IMG/VR virus record: IMGVR_UViG_3300042303_000041
Span: 6,648 to 70,647 of that record
Length of the DNA stretch: 64,000 nt
Strand: one strand, 5' to 3'
From: a virus
Taxonomy: Duplodnaviria; Heunggongvirae; Uroviricota; Caudoviricetes
Of the stretch, positions 46,589 to 56,913 are shown in pieces (position 1 is the first letter of the stretch; every line of letters begins with the position of its first letter). The translations under genes were made by a program, and so were the position numbers. A model generated the notes under the pieces. It searched no databases, had not been told where the DNA came from, and was given only the letters and a program-made list of their open reading frames with translations.

Positions 46589-47482
46589 TCAAAAATCCTC
46601 TAATTCATCAAGTAACAATCGACATTTTTTGGCAATCAAATAGTTCATGATGCTCATCTTGTCGCCCTTTGGTTTGTTATTTATGTATGAGTCAACAATC
46701 TCTTTCTCTACATCTTCAGGGATATGTTTGAAGTCAACCAGCACAGAGTTGCGATGCCAGTTGCGCCGTTCTGTATCATTGCGGCAAGCATCAAAACCTT
46801 TTTCGTAGAATTCATCAAGACGTTTCTGTGACATAGGTTTCTGGCGAACACCTTGCACGAATACATCATCTGGACTAAGAATGTTAGGAATACCATCACC
46901 AGCATCACCTTTAACAATGTGCTGAATTTTGTAGTTCTGGATTTCTTTGGCAGTGGCAGTGATATACTTCTTTACCATAGGTGACCACTGCTTGACTTCT
47001 CCAAGAAGTTGCAGCTGTTTAAAGTCACCATCAGAAGAAAGAATCAATACTTTCTGTGGCTCTTCCATCAACCCTTGTTGCACAAGTTCGTTGTACTGTG
47101 CCCACTTGGTCATGGTTGCAATAACATCATCAGCTTCGGCACGTTCAACGTGGATAACACGGTATGGAAAGTGTTCTGCAATTTCTTGACGCATCTCTGA
47201 TAGGGTATCAAAGATTAGTTTCCAATCTAGATCAGATGCATCACGAGTCTTTTTACGACTAGCTTTATAGTGCTCAAAGAATTCTTTACGCCAGTACTTG
47301 CGACCATCGCAACAGATAACAACGTTACCAAATTCACGACCATACTTTTTCTTGTATGATTTAATAGTGGAAAGTGTTACATGCCGAATAAGGTTCTTAA
47401 CTTCATCTGGATTACCCTTCAACTCTCGTTGGAAAGTAAGGATGGAAGCCAAAGACACTTGGCTGTAGTCAATCAAAATCAT
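46589..47482 (-). CDS. rnh: RNase H / 5'-3' exonuclease
   Basis: MILIDYSQ, YWRK, EADD, SSDGDFKQLQ, KGDAGDGIPN. Confidence 0.95.
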   Translation of the reverse strand: MILIDYSQVSLASILTFQRELKGNPDEVKNLIRHVTLSTIKSYKKKYGREFGNVVICCDGRKYWRKEFFEHYKASRKKTRDASDLDWKLIFDTLSEMRQEIAEHFPYRVIHVERAEADDVIATMTKWAQYNELVQQGLMEEPQKVLILSSDGDFKQLQLLGEVKQWSPMVKKYITATAKEIQNYKIQHIVKGDAGDGIPNILSPDDVFVQGVRQKPMSQKRLDEFYEKGFDACRNDTERRNWHRNSVLVDFKHIPEDVEKEIVDSYINNKPKGDKMSIMNYLIAKKCRLLLDELEDF

Positions 47483-47926
47483 AGAATCTTTCCAATACCG
47501 AAATAAATTAAATCATCAAGTTCACGTTGATAATCTGCCTTTGTTCTGCGCTTGATCCAAATTTGTGTAAGAAGTTCACGCATCTGGTCGCCATCTACGA
47601 ATCTATTATTCATATCAAGCCCACGTCGTTCGAGTTCGTCTAACAAGTCGCTGTCATCGAATTCTTCTAGATCAACATCTACATCAACCTCAGCTGTAAC
47701 TGTACGATATACCATATTACTCTCCGACGTTTCCACCAAAATACTTAATCAGTATTTCAAGAGCAGGAATATACTGTGTCATATTAGCGTGATAGTCTTC
47801 AGGATGCATCCATCGCCCTTCTTCGGTATGTTCTCGTATTTCTTCCTTAAGAAGATCAAGATGCTCTTGCATAACTGCCAATGCAATACCATCGGCAATT
47901 TCAAAAGGTATAGTTAGTCCGCTCAT
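47479..47926 (-). other. Two small hypothetical ORFs
   Basis: 47479-47739, 47717-47926. Confidence 0.55.
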
Positions 47927-49035
47927 TAAAATGCTCCAAGGATAATAGTTTCTTCGTTGATGCGACCATTAGGTGCAGCAGGTTTAGTTGTCAACTTCTT
48001 AAGTGCACCATTCAGTGCACGCTTACCAATCGCAAGACCTTTGAAGAATTCTTCAGGCTTACGCAAGGTCATCATCTTAGATTCTTTAACATCGAATCCA
48101 AGAATTGTAGTACCCTTTACAGAAAGAGTACCACCAACTGCCTTGTACACACCAACACGACGATACTTGGTATTGTAGAACCAAACTTCGTCAGAGCCAA
48201 TGATAGTTTCAGGCTTGACAGACTTGAGAGAAAACTCAGCAAAGTCTTTCAAATACTTCATACGTGCAGTCAACTTGGTAGGAGACAATGGCTTACGTTT
48301 GCGTGGAGCACGACCTGCCTTGGCATGTTGCACTTGCTGCAAACAGTCATCACGCATAGTTTCTACAAAGGTAACAAACTTCTTGATTTCACGCTTGGTA
48401 AAGTTAGAGTAACCTTCTACCAATTGTTTATCATCACCAGCAACAACTTCATTCAATTCATCAATCAACTTACCGTAAGATTCACCAATACGTTTGGCAA
48501 CTGGTGCAGATATAGCATTGGCTTGTAGATAGTTCTTGGCAGAAAAGTCACTTTGCTTATTGATAACAAAGTCATCAATGGCACCATCAAACTCAGCTGC
48601 ATGTTTTCTAGCAACTTCTTCAATTCGATCTTGCACAGATACTACAGGCTTGGTATCAGCTACAACAGCCACTACCTTCTTGCGTTTTTTGTATTTGGTG
48701 GAAAGTTCAGAGATGATTGCAACCATCTTTTCCTGCTCACGTTCAGCAAGATGCTGCTCACGAGAAGTTAGACGGCACATGAATGCCAGAGAGCGCAACT
48801 CAAAGTCAGTTGCTTCGTTGAGTGCAATTACAGCATCTTTCTGACCAGTCTTAGCCAGATAGCTAATGACCCATTTACGTCGATCTTTGTCGCTGGCATT
48901 TTCGTTATACCAGTTAAGCGCATGCATGAGATCGCGAGTGTAGCTCTCGTCTTCATTGATCATGGGTTCATCGGGTGCGAAGACTTTCGCAGCGATGCGG
49001 TGTGCTTGTTCACGTCGTTTTGCAGTATTTGTCAT
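47926..49035 (-). CDS. Conserved T4-like hypothetical protein
   Basis: ALNWYN...EGYS...LWFYNTKYR...KGTTI...TLRKPEE...GRIN. Confidence 0.75.
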   Translation of the reverse strand: MTNTAKRREQAHRIAAKVFAPDEPMINEDESYTRDLMHALNWYNENASDKDRRKWVISYLAKTGQKDAVIALNEATDFELRSLAFMCRLTSREQHLAEREQEKMVAIISELSTKYKKRKKVVAVVADTKPVVSVQDRIEEVARKHAAEFDGAIDDFVINKQSDFSAKNYLQANAISAPVAKRIGESYGKLIDELNEVVAGDDKQLVEGYSNFTKREIKKFVTFVETMRDDCLQQVQHAKAGRAPRKRKPLSPTKLTARMKYLKDFAEFSLKSVKPETIIGSDEVWFYNTKYRRVGVYKAVGGTLSVKGTTILGFDVKESKMMTLRKPEEFFKGLAIGKRALNGALKKLTTKPAAPNGRINEETIILGAF

Positions 49036-49134
49036 AGGTTTGTACCTCAATTTATAATATATTATACCGCATGTGCGAATAAAAGTCAACACCACGTGAG
49101 AATGCCCCTACTGGGTGTAGGGGATTACTTTGGT

Positions 49135-49843
49135 TTACTTTTTCAGAGAGACGTTGGCACGTAAGAAGCCACCAAGCAGAATAATAGCTGCCCATGTTTC
49201 AATGGTATATCCAATCGCTAGAACAGGGAACAACGTATTCAGTGCCCAAATTGATAGCAGTGGTCCGATGATAATAATTACAGCGAGAAAAACTACAAGT
49301 CCTAAAAATTTAATCAAGTCCATATTAAACTCCAATAGTGAATTGTTTTACAGAGTCCCAGCGGAATGAACGCCATTCTTGTTTCTCAAGATCGAAAACT
49401 CGGAGTGCGGATCCAGCAGAATTGGAATCTTCTTCTGATTCGGTCTTTGGTTGTTTGTCAACTGGGATGCTTCCTGAGAAAAGGGTACATTGCATTTCCC
49501 TTTGCGTCCCGTCTTTCTTTGTGAAGACGACAGTGCATCCTTCTGGAGAAGTGCGCAGATTTTCGAGTGCCCATGGTTTGAGTTCATTGAATCTCTCATC
49601 GTTAGTTTGAAGTTTTTCCGTCATAATTATCTTTCAAGTGATTAACAAGTGGTAACATCATTTCTTTAAAATTAGCAACAGAAGGATACATTCTCATGTC
49701 TGATTGCTCGACAACAAACCCTTCTTCGTCTAAGACTCTTCGAGAAATAGTAAATTCAACCATGCCATACTGCAACTCTCTGATTGAGAATGTAGTAGAA
49801 ACATCGTTGATAGAATAAATTGAATGAAAGTCAAGGTTACTCA
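49135..49843 (-). other. Three small ORFs (membrane 49135-49335; SH3-like 49325-49624; 49602-49843)
   Basis: FTKKDGTQREM...VFD..K.EWRSFRWD in the middle ORF. Confidence 0.6.
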
Positions 49844-49971
49844 TATAGATCCTTTTTGTGTTTAGGCTTACGTGTGAATGCAATCTTGCTGTCAACTACA
49901 CGCATACGGTACTTTGGAGTACGCAAGTCCTTAGCAACAAGGTTCTTAGGTTTATTATACTGTGTTTTCAT
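49837..49971 (-). CDS. ArfA-like alternative ribosome-rescue factor (44 aa)
   Basis: Manual: MKTQYNKPKNLVAKDLRTPKYRMRVVDSKIAFTRKPKHKKDLYE*; aligns by eye with ArfA N..A.L..P.FRQRV..K...Y.RK.KH. Confidence 0.65.
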   Translation of the reverse strand: MKTQYNKPKNLVAKDLRTPKYRMRVVDSKIAFTRKPKHKKDLYE

Positions 49972-49978
49972 TTTATTG

Positions 49979-50251
49979 TCAACTAAAAATTCCAGACCAT
50001 TGCTGGAGTTTGTGATACTTTTCTTGTTTTGCAGTCATCACTGCAGCTTCGCTAACTACTCCATGATCGATAAGCAGATCAATCATACACATGAGATCTC
50101 CGATTTCTTCTTCTAAGTGTTCTCGATTTGCAATCTTTGTAACTGGATGGCAGTCATCCATACCAAAGCGAAAAACCTTACTAATTGCCTGAGAAACCTC
50201 AGCGCATTCCTCTTGTGTAATCAACAAGATTTCTTTATCAATATCACCCAT
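49979..50251 (-). CDS. MazG-like NTP pyrophosphohydrolase
   Basis: TQEECAEV..AISK..RFG...LEEEIGDL. Confidence 0.8.
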   Translation of the reverse strand: MGDIDKEILLITQEECAEVSQAISKVFRFGMDDCHPVTKIANREHLEEEIGDLMCMIDLLIDHGVVSEAAVMTAKQEKYHKLQQWSGIFS

Positions 50252-50388
50252 TACATTTCCTAAACTTAGTCTATATTTATTAACATCATCAACCATCCAC
50301 ATAGCTATTTTACAACAAAGTCAAATAAAAGTCAAGTAAATGTGAAAATGCCCCTATTGTTAGTAGGGGCATCTTGCAAGCCTTGTGT

Positions 50389-52452
50389 TTACTTGCTTGT
50401 AGCTCTATAAACTCCATCCCAATCTTTAGGTAAGTCCTTTGCCTTCATTTCTTCGCAACGTTCAATCCATAGTTCGTAGTAGTGGTCCATTTCTCCAAGG
50501 AATTTACCATTCAATTGTTTGCAAAGTTTAATAGCGGCATCAAACTTTTGCAATCTATACAGTTGCAACATCTTTTCATGCTGTTGTGTTTCTATAACAT
50601 ATGATGAATTTTCCATCCACCAATCATGTCTACCCAGTACTGTATAAACGTGGATGCCTTCTTTCTTCCCTTTAACTGCAATGCAATCAAGTTCTAGAGT
50701 TGCATATTCATCTTCAACTTGTTTATTGGTATTTGCACCAATAACAATCTTAACACCGTAAGGTTTACTCTGACCTTCTAGTCGTGCTGCGAGATTGACA
50801 CCATCACCAAGGCAAGTATAATCAAAACGTTGACTAGACCCCATATTTCCAACCACAACAGTATCAGTGTTAATACCAAGACCCATACCAAATGCAGGAA
50901 CACCTTCAGCGGTAACTTCTTTATTAAACGCATCTAAACTACCCATCATTTCTAGTCCAGTCTTTACTGCCATTTTTGCATGGTTCGGTTCGTCCAACGG
51001 TGCATTCCAAAACGCCATTTGTGCATCTCCAATGTATTTGTCAAGTGTGCCATTATTTTCTATAATCTTGGCAGTCATTGCTGTCATATATCTATTCATT
51101 ATTTTTGTGAGTCCTTGCACATCTTTTCCATAGTGCTCAGAGATTGACGTAAACCCTCTAACATCGGTGAACATGATTGAAAGCTCTCGTGATTCACCAC
51201 CAAGCTGTAGTAATTCAGGATTTCGCTGCAACTTTTCGACCAATGCGGGAGAGAGGTAGGTTGCAAACTGTTTTTTGATTTGGAGTTTTGCTGCGAGTTC
51301 AACAAGGAATTTGACAACGTAGCCGTGGAAAGAGACAAGGGTAATGGTAAGTATCGGGAACACAGCATCAACCAGATAGCTTGATCCAATGAAGAGGTAA
51401 TAGCTGCCGAAAAAGGATCCTGCGGCAAAGATGATTGAGAAGATGTAGCCATGCTTGAACCTTGTTAGTAGTAATGTGATGATACAAATTAGTATCGTAT
51501 ATAAAAGTTCAACGCCATCTGCCCAATCTGGACGACTGATGTTACTTCCGCTTGCAACTGTGTCTAGTACAGAGGCTTGCAAGTAGTGCGGGTAGACTTC
51601 ACCTCTTGCTGTAGATACTGGGTTGTTGAGCCCTCGCCCTGTAATTCCGACGATGACGATTTTACCTCCGAGATCCTTTGGCAAATTTGCCAAGGAGTAT
51701 TCGGTTGGTCTGGATGACCAATCCACCCAGACTCTACTGTCACCGTCTGTTGTGATTTTTCCAAAGGCTGGAACTCTAACTGCTTCGATGGAGCCTTCGT
51801 TAATTTTAACTTGGAAGGAAGGATCTCCTGCGGCGACACGCAAGGTTTCAAGAGAGATACTTGGGTATAACTTTCCGTCGATGTTGATAAGCATGGGAAC
51901 TCTGCGGATGACGCCATCGAGTTCAGGGAAAGTATTGACAATACCAATGCCAGCAGCGTTTTCATTAACAGACCTCACATTCGAAAGAATTGATTGAAAT
52001 TTGATTCCAGGATCACCTTCGCCTATAATCGATACACCAGGTCGAAATGGTATCTGTGTTACGGAGTCAGTTATCTGATCATTTACTGCAGTATGCGGAA
52101 ATACTACAGGGTGTTGTTTTAAAATAGCGCCAAGTTTAGAATCTTGACCAAAGCGATCACTGTCAGGAAGGAAAACGTTAAAAACAACCAACCCAGCACC
52201 ATTCCTATAAAGAGTATCAATAATGGTGGCATATTCTCCACGTGGGAAAGGAAATTGTCCTTTTTGTCGAATAGTTTCGTCATCTATGTTTACCACAGCG
52301 ACTTGTTGGGACACCGTGCTTTCTTTTGAAGTTATCAGTTGATCGAAATAACGTAGTCTTATCGATTCAACGAATGATGGATCTGCAATGCGAATAGAAA
52401 TTAGTAACACCAGAGTAAGTAATGCCATCCATGGTGATAGTAATCTTTTCAT
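50389..52452 (-). CDS. CHASE2-domain adenylate/guanylate cyclase (class III)
   Basis: N-terminal CHASE2, 3 TMs, FTDVRGFT, DKYIGDA, GDGVNLAARLE. Confidence 0.93.
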   Translation of the reverse strand: MKRLLSPWMALLTLVLLISIRIADPSFVESIRLRYFDQLITSKESTVSQQVAVVNIDDETIRQKGQFPFPRGEYATIIDTLYRNGAGLVVFNVFLPDSDRFGQDSKLGAILKQHPVVFPHTAVNDQITDSVTQIPFRPGVSIIGEGDPGIKFQSILSNVRSVNENAAGIGIVNTFPELDGVIRRVPMLINIDGKLYPSISLETLRVAAGDPSFQVKINEGSIEAVRVPAFGKITTDGDSRVWVDWSSRPTEYSLANLPKDLGGKIVIVGITGRGLNNPVSTARGEVYPHYLQASVLDTVASGSNISRPDWADGVELLYTILICIITLLLTRFKHGYIFSIIFAAGSFFGSYYLFIGSSYLVDAVFPILTITLVSFHGYVVKFLVELAAKLQIKKQFATYLSPALVEKLQRNPELLQLGGESRELSIMFTDVRGFTSISEHYGKDVQGLTKIMNRYMTAMTAKIIENNGTLDKYIGDAQMAFWNAPLDEPNHAKMAVKTGLEMMGSLDAFNKEVTAEGVPAFGMGLGINTDTVVVGNMGSSQRFDYTCLGDGVNLAARLEGQSKPYGVKIVIGANTNKQVEDEYATLELDCIAVKGKKEGIHVYTVLGRHDWWMENSSYVIETQQHEKMLQLYRLQKFDAAIKLCKQLNGKFLGEMDHYYELWIERCEEMKAKDLPKDWDGVYRATSK

Positions 52453-53489
52453 TTTGATCCTTGTTTTATTGTAGTCTTATTAGATGTACTATCCATATTT
52501 TTGATAGTCAATAATGTTCCATTCTGTAGCAGAATAATTTCATATCCTCGATCTTTATTTATTAGCATAGTGAAACTGTCTTTGACATGACGATCTAACT
52601 GCCACGATTCACCTTTATCTATAACATACAATTGAGTGACAGAATCGTAGCCAACACGAAATGCATTCATAAACATAGTATCCAGAGCATTCTCTAGGTA
52701 GTTGTTACTTAGTGTATTTATATTTAAGTCATTGAATGGTAAATCATCTTTCCATACTGGAACATCTAATAAGTTTTTATCAAGTTCTGTATAAGCAAGC
52801 GCATCGTTCTTTGTTAACGCTTCTTCTTGTAGCCTTCTTATGATTTCTTTTGGCGGTTTTACAATCAACATGTTATCTATCATAGACTCAGATAAATTGA
52901 GTATAACTGCAGCTGCTGGTTTTTGCTCGGAGCCTGTTACAAATGTTGCCTGAAACGCTTGATTTAATGTAGTTATGCCTGCGCTTGTTATAACATCAAT
53001 GGCGCCAACAGATCCATCTACGTTTGGAAGAAGAATAACCATTGACTGTCCTATTTCGTCAACAGTCATTGTAAATGCAGTACCACGAACTGCAACAGTG
53101 GCAGTTGGTGTTTTTATGTCTACGTTCTTGGAGTTTTCTCTGGCAACAGCACCAGATGCATATCTGACTGTTCCAAGGGCGACTTTCATGGCAAGTTTGC
53201 CTGTGCCCTTTGATTTTGGATCATAGACGAAATCATCTATAACTAGCTTTGAATGCTCAGTTACACGAACTTTCGTATCATCTTGAAATGTGATTCCAAC
53301 GACACCGTTGGCTGTATTGATTGTGTCAAAAGACTCGACGCCAGAATTTATCTTAGCGTCGACCTTATTCTTACTTCTAACTATCTCACCGCTACCTTTT
53401 TGCTCTGTAACTTTACCAATATTTGCGTTAGCATTAATGCTGAACGATAGTAGTAGAAGTACTATTACCAGCAATATTAAGCGTGACAT
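52449..53489 (-). CDS. FecR-domain protein
   Basis: Signal peptide; ITFQDDTKVRV...IDDFVYDP...TPTATVAVRGT. Confidence 0.85.
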   Translation of the reverse strand: MSRLILLVIVLLLLSFSINANANIGKVTEQKGSGEIVRSKNKVDAKINSGVESFDTINTANGVVGITFQDDTKVRVTEHSKLVIDDFVYDPKSKGTGKLAMKVALGTVRYASGAVARENSKNVDIKTPTATVAVRGTAFTMTVDEIGQSMVILLPNVDGSVGAIDVITSAGITTLNQAFQATFVTGSEQKPAAAVILNLSESMIDNMLIVKPPKEIIRRLQEEALTKNDALAYTELDKNLLDVPVWKDDLPFNDLNINTLSNNYLENALDTMFMNAFRVGYDSVTQLYVIDKGESWQLDRHVKDSFTMLINKDRGYEIILLQNGTLLTIKNMDSTSNKTTIKQGSK

Positions 53490-54132
53490 AGTTTGGTGTA
53501 ACAGTTCCGTTTTGTGTTATTGAGACAGCATTGTTATTACCAATTACGGTGCTTTCGATTCTATGTCCAGGATTCATAGCAGTTCCGTTGGCACCATTCT
53601 GAACAGTAGTAAAGGTATTAGTATCACCAGTAATTGTTATCGTGTTCACAATGTATTTGCTATTCATCGTAGAATTAATGGTGTTATTGTTACCAGTAAC
53701 GGTTAATGTATAGTTGTAATTTCCAGTATTGGCAGTTGATGCCATGGTGTATTCAGTATTGTTGTTATCACCAGTAAGCGTCATTACGATAAGACCACCG
53801 TTTGTACCAAAGTTACCCATATCAAATTTAGATGTGTTTCCACTACCTATTTGATAGATACTCTTGGTAGAATCTCCACCAATAAAGTTACCAATAATCG
53901 TGTTATTCATACCATCTTGTTCGATGGTCAGATTCATCGCATTCCCATCAATAACAAATGATGGGGTCAACATGTTTGTGCGATCACCGACTTGGTTACC
54001 AGAACCAGTCTGTGTTATAAGAGTTATCGAATTATCAGCGTTTGTTTGATCGATGTAAACGCTATTATTCCCACTTGCAACGGCATTGCCGAGTAACAAA
54101 GACATAATACTAGCTAGTATCGTCTTTTTCAT
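53434..54132 (-). CDS. Curlin-like Asn/Gly/Thr repeat secreted protein
   Basis: Signal peptide; repeats I.Q.G..N. Confidence 0.65.
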   Translation of the reverse strand: MKKTILASIMSLLLGNAVASGNNSVYIDQTNADNSITLITQTGSGNQVGDRTNMLTPSFVIDGNAMNLTIEQDGMNNTIIGNFIGGDSTKSIYQIGSGNTSKFDMGNFGTNGGLIVMTLTGDNNNTEYTMASTANTGNYNYTLTVTGNNNTINSTMNSKYIVNTITITGDTNTFTTVQNGANGTAMNPGHRIESTVIGNNNAVSITQNGTVTPNYVTLNIAGNSTSTTIVQH

Positions 54133-54914
54133 TTATCTTCTCCAAGTTGTTTAAACTTCCAAAGCCCCTTACGCTCGCCTTGGTATACCATTTGTTCTAC
54201 AGCTAAATCAACAGCTGCTTTAATTGCATATATTCCAGGTTCTGTAGATGTGCTACCAATCTCATTCTCAAAAATGTTTCTTCCTTGATCTATAAATTTA
54301 AAAGTAGAAACAGAGGTTGCTATACTCAAAATAGTTTTCTGAGTATTAACTGTCATTATAACTTCGCCAGTCTGTACGTTAACTGCTCGTATGGAGACCG
54401 TAACAATGTCTTCTTGATATTGAGCACTTGGTCCTATACCAAGATATCTCCAAGCAAAACCACCAGTGCGTTGATTTGTATCGTAAGAAACAATAGCACC
54501 TTCAATTATCATACCAGCATATAAGATAGGGCGAAGAATGTTCGGCTCTTTGGCTTCTTCTCTTGCGCTTCTTATAAGCTGTCTTTCTTTTAATAAATTG
54601 TCAAGTCCTACACGCTCAACGATTCTAAACCATTTACCATCTCCAACGTCAGCCAGTGCCTTCAACAATAAAGACTCAGCACCTTGAGTTACTGCGCTAG
54701 AGAATTTTGCTATTGAACCACCATCTTTTCTTTGACCAGTTTTATCAGTAAATGCATAAACAGCTACTACAATAGGTTGTCCACTTTCAGGTTCTGGAAA
54801 TGGAATTTTAAATTTAGTCTTTTCTACTTGCTCTGCTTCTTTTGGATTAAACTGCATCGCTGGAGCAGCGCATCCAACCAGAACTAAAGATAAAAGTAGT
54901 GATAAGAGTTTCAT
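54129..54914 (-). CDS. csgG: Curli secretion channel CsgG-like lipoprotein
   Basis: Lipobox LVGC; VAVYAFTDKTGQRK; SAVTQG; VER.GL.NLLKERQLIR. Confidence 0.92.
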   Translation of the reverse strand: MKLLSLLLSLVLVGCAAPAMQFNPKEAEQVEKTKFKIPFPEPESGQPIVVAVYAFTDKTGQRKDGGSIAKFSSAVTQGAESLLLKALADVGDGKWFRIVERVGLDNLLKERQLIRSAREEAKEPNILRPILYAGMIIEGAIVSYDTNQRTGGFAWRYLGIGPSAQYQEDIVTVSIRAVNVQTGEVIMTVNTQKTILSIATSVSTFKFIDQGRNIFENEIGSTSTEPGIYAIKAAVDLAVEQMVYQGERKGLWKFKQLGEDK

Positions 54915-55351
54915 TAGAACTTAAATTGCCCGACTGGTATTATTATTTGAGTGAGACTTCCATCTTTTCCTGTAACGGTTAAGTTTATTTCATCACCAGT
55001 TTTATTATAACGAATCGTGTTACCTTCAATGGTAACAACACCAGTATTTTGTGGGTTCTCACCAAACAACGTGCTAACTAATTGAGAAGACAACTGAGCA
55101 TAAACACGAGACTCAAAGTTGTTTAAGAACTTTTGTAAGTTTGTATTCTTTGCTTCTGCTGCTACATCTTTAGCTTCTTGAAGTATTTTAGCTTCTCTTG
55201 CATCGTTACGAGTTCGTTCAGTGTTTTCAATTGTCTGAACATGTGACGAGTATCCAACACCATTAAATGCTGGTGACTTGAACTGAAATGCTAATTGCGC
55301 TGCTGCAGGATTAGTTATCAGTAGTGTTATTATTAGTATTGTGCTTCGCAT
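54914..55351 (-). CDS. csgF: Curli assembly component CsgF-like
   Basis: FQFKSPAFNG; F..N.ESR.YAQLS.QL...LFGE. Confidence 0.85.
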   Translation of the reverse strand: MRSTILIITLLITNPAAAQLAFQFKSPAFNGVGYSSHVQTIENTERTRNDAREAKILQEAKDVAAEAKNTNLQKFLNNFESRVYAQLSSQLVSTLFGENPQNTGVVTIEGNTIRYNKTGDEINLTVTGKDGSLTQIIIPVGQFKF

Positions 55352-55948
55352 CTCTTAGGGAAAGAATAACGTTAACCTTCTGATTCAAACGAATCAGGTC
55401 GTTGTCCAGCATACGAATTCTATCGATCAAAGCGATAAGTGTTTCGCTGGCACTAGACATAACAGGCTTAATTTCTGTTGTAACCCATGTCCATACATAA
55501 AATACAAAATATCCCATGCCGCCTGCTGCGACAATTGGAAATCCATATTTATTGATCAGTCCTGCTATATCCATTAGAATCACTCCAATCTACATCTTGT
55601 TCGTTTTTATGTTCTTCGTATTCACAGTCATGACATGGATATTCTTTAGTCATTGCACCGCAATATTTGCATTCAATCTCGTCTCGCATCGCTTTGTTCC
55701 GCTCTTGCTATTCTATCTAAATCTGGTGGGATTCCCAAAGCATGACTTACTTTAGTATCAATACGAACTACGTCATGATTCATAGTTGCTACACGTTTAT
55801 CTAATGCACTGATGATACCGCTCATGCTCTTTACGCCAGATGTAACTCCAGCCAGGATGAACTTTAGTGTTAGGAAAACGAAATATCCAGCTGCAATGGC
55901 TGCAGCGATCGGGAAGCCAACTTCGGCTACTAATTTGAAGTATTCCAT
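55311..55948 (-). other. Two paralogous small membrane ORFs (55311-55583, 55673-55948) flanking a 46-aa Cys-rich ORF (55549-55689)
   Basis: Shared GFPI.AA...GYF; MRDEIECKYCGAMTKEYPCHDC. Confidence 0.6.
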
Positions 55949-56007
55949 ATTTTGATATCCAGTTAATATTGTTCTGTGTTACAGAATATATTTAGGATTA
56001 TTGCAAT

Positions 56008-56913
56008 TTATGGTGTGATTCTTCTCCCTGCAGAATCGTATTCGACGATCTTTTCTGACGTCGGATTCTGTTTATCTACAGTAGGAGGTTCTACAGGAGT
56101 TTCTGTTATAACTGGTTCTAGAATCGTTTCTTCTATCGGAACGATAACTGGTGGAATTATAGGTTCTCCACGATCTCGTTTGAGCTGCCAATTAGCTGCT
56201 ATTAGAAGTAATACAGCTAGAGGGTCAAACACCGAAACGATCATAACGATAAGGATTCGAACTGCAGATTCTAACGTTCCTTCTCCAATATCATCGTATA
56301 TCATTGCTGCGATATACTTTATAGGACCAACCTCTGCTTCCACTTTACGTATTTCTGCAGCGATTGGTGCACGTTCTTCATTTAGGCTACTTATTGTTTT
56401 CTGGTCAGCTGTTATTTCAGCCAATAATCGCTTCCGCTCGACTTGCTGGCTACGACGGATAGATACAGCTTTATCAGCACCCTTTTCATCAGCTGACCTA
56501 GCCATGACTTGGTCCACTGCCTCATCCATCTGTTTAAGTGCTTTGCGATTAACATCTATATTATCCTTTGCGGTCTTAATCTTTTCATCGTATACGGAAA
56601 TCTTTGCCTGAACATCGCCACTAACTAAACTCTGATCCGAGTGTGCTTTGGATAGATAGCCAAAGATGCCCATTGAGGTTAGCATCATAAGAATCGTAAG
56701 AGCTACTACAAAGTAACTTTTCAATAGTAGTGGAATCTCTTTCCAGTTCTTATAAATCCATGAAGCTATAACTAGCTTAGCTACACCTAAGAGTGCACCC
56801 ATCACTGCAATAGAAATTGGTGATGCTGCGAATATAGCCATAAGCCCTACAATTGCGTACCATTCAGCAACTGCAGATAGAGTTAGTGCTATCCCAAATA
56901 ATAGATAGGTCAT
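56008..56913 (-). CDS. Conserved membrane coiled-coil phage protein
   Basis: TMs, SMGIFGYLSKAH, EVGPIKYIA, VFDPLAV. Confidence 0.7.
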   Translation of the reverse strand: MTYLLFGIALTLSAVAEWYAIVGLMAIFAASPISIAVMGALLGVAKLVIASWIYKNWKEIPLLLKSYFVVALTILMMLTSMGIFGYLSKAHSDQSLVSGDVQAKISVYDEKIKTAKDNIDVNRKALKQMDEAVDQVMARSADEKGADKAVSIRRSQQVERKRLLAEITADQKTISSLNEERAPIAAEIRKVEAEVGPIKYIAAMIYDDIGEGTLESAVRILIVMIVSVFDPLAVLLLIAANWQLKRDRGEPIIPPVIVPIEETILEPVITETPVEPPTVDKQNPTSEKIVEYDSAGRRITP

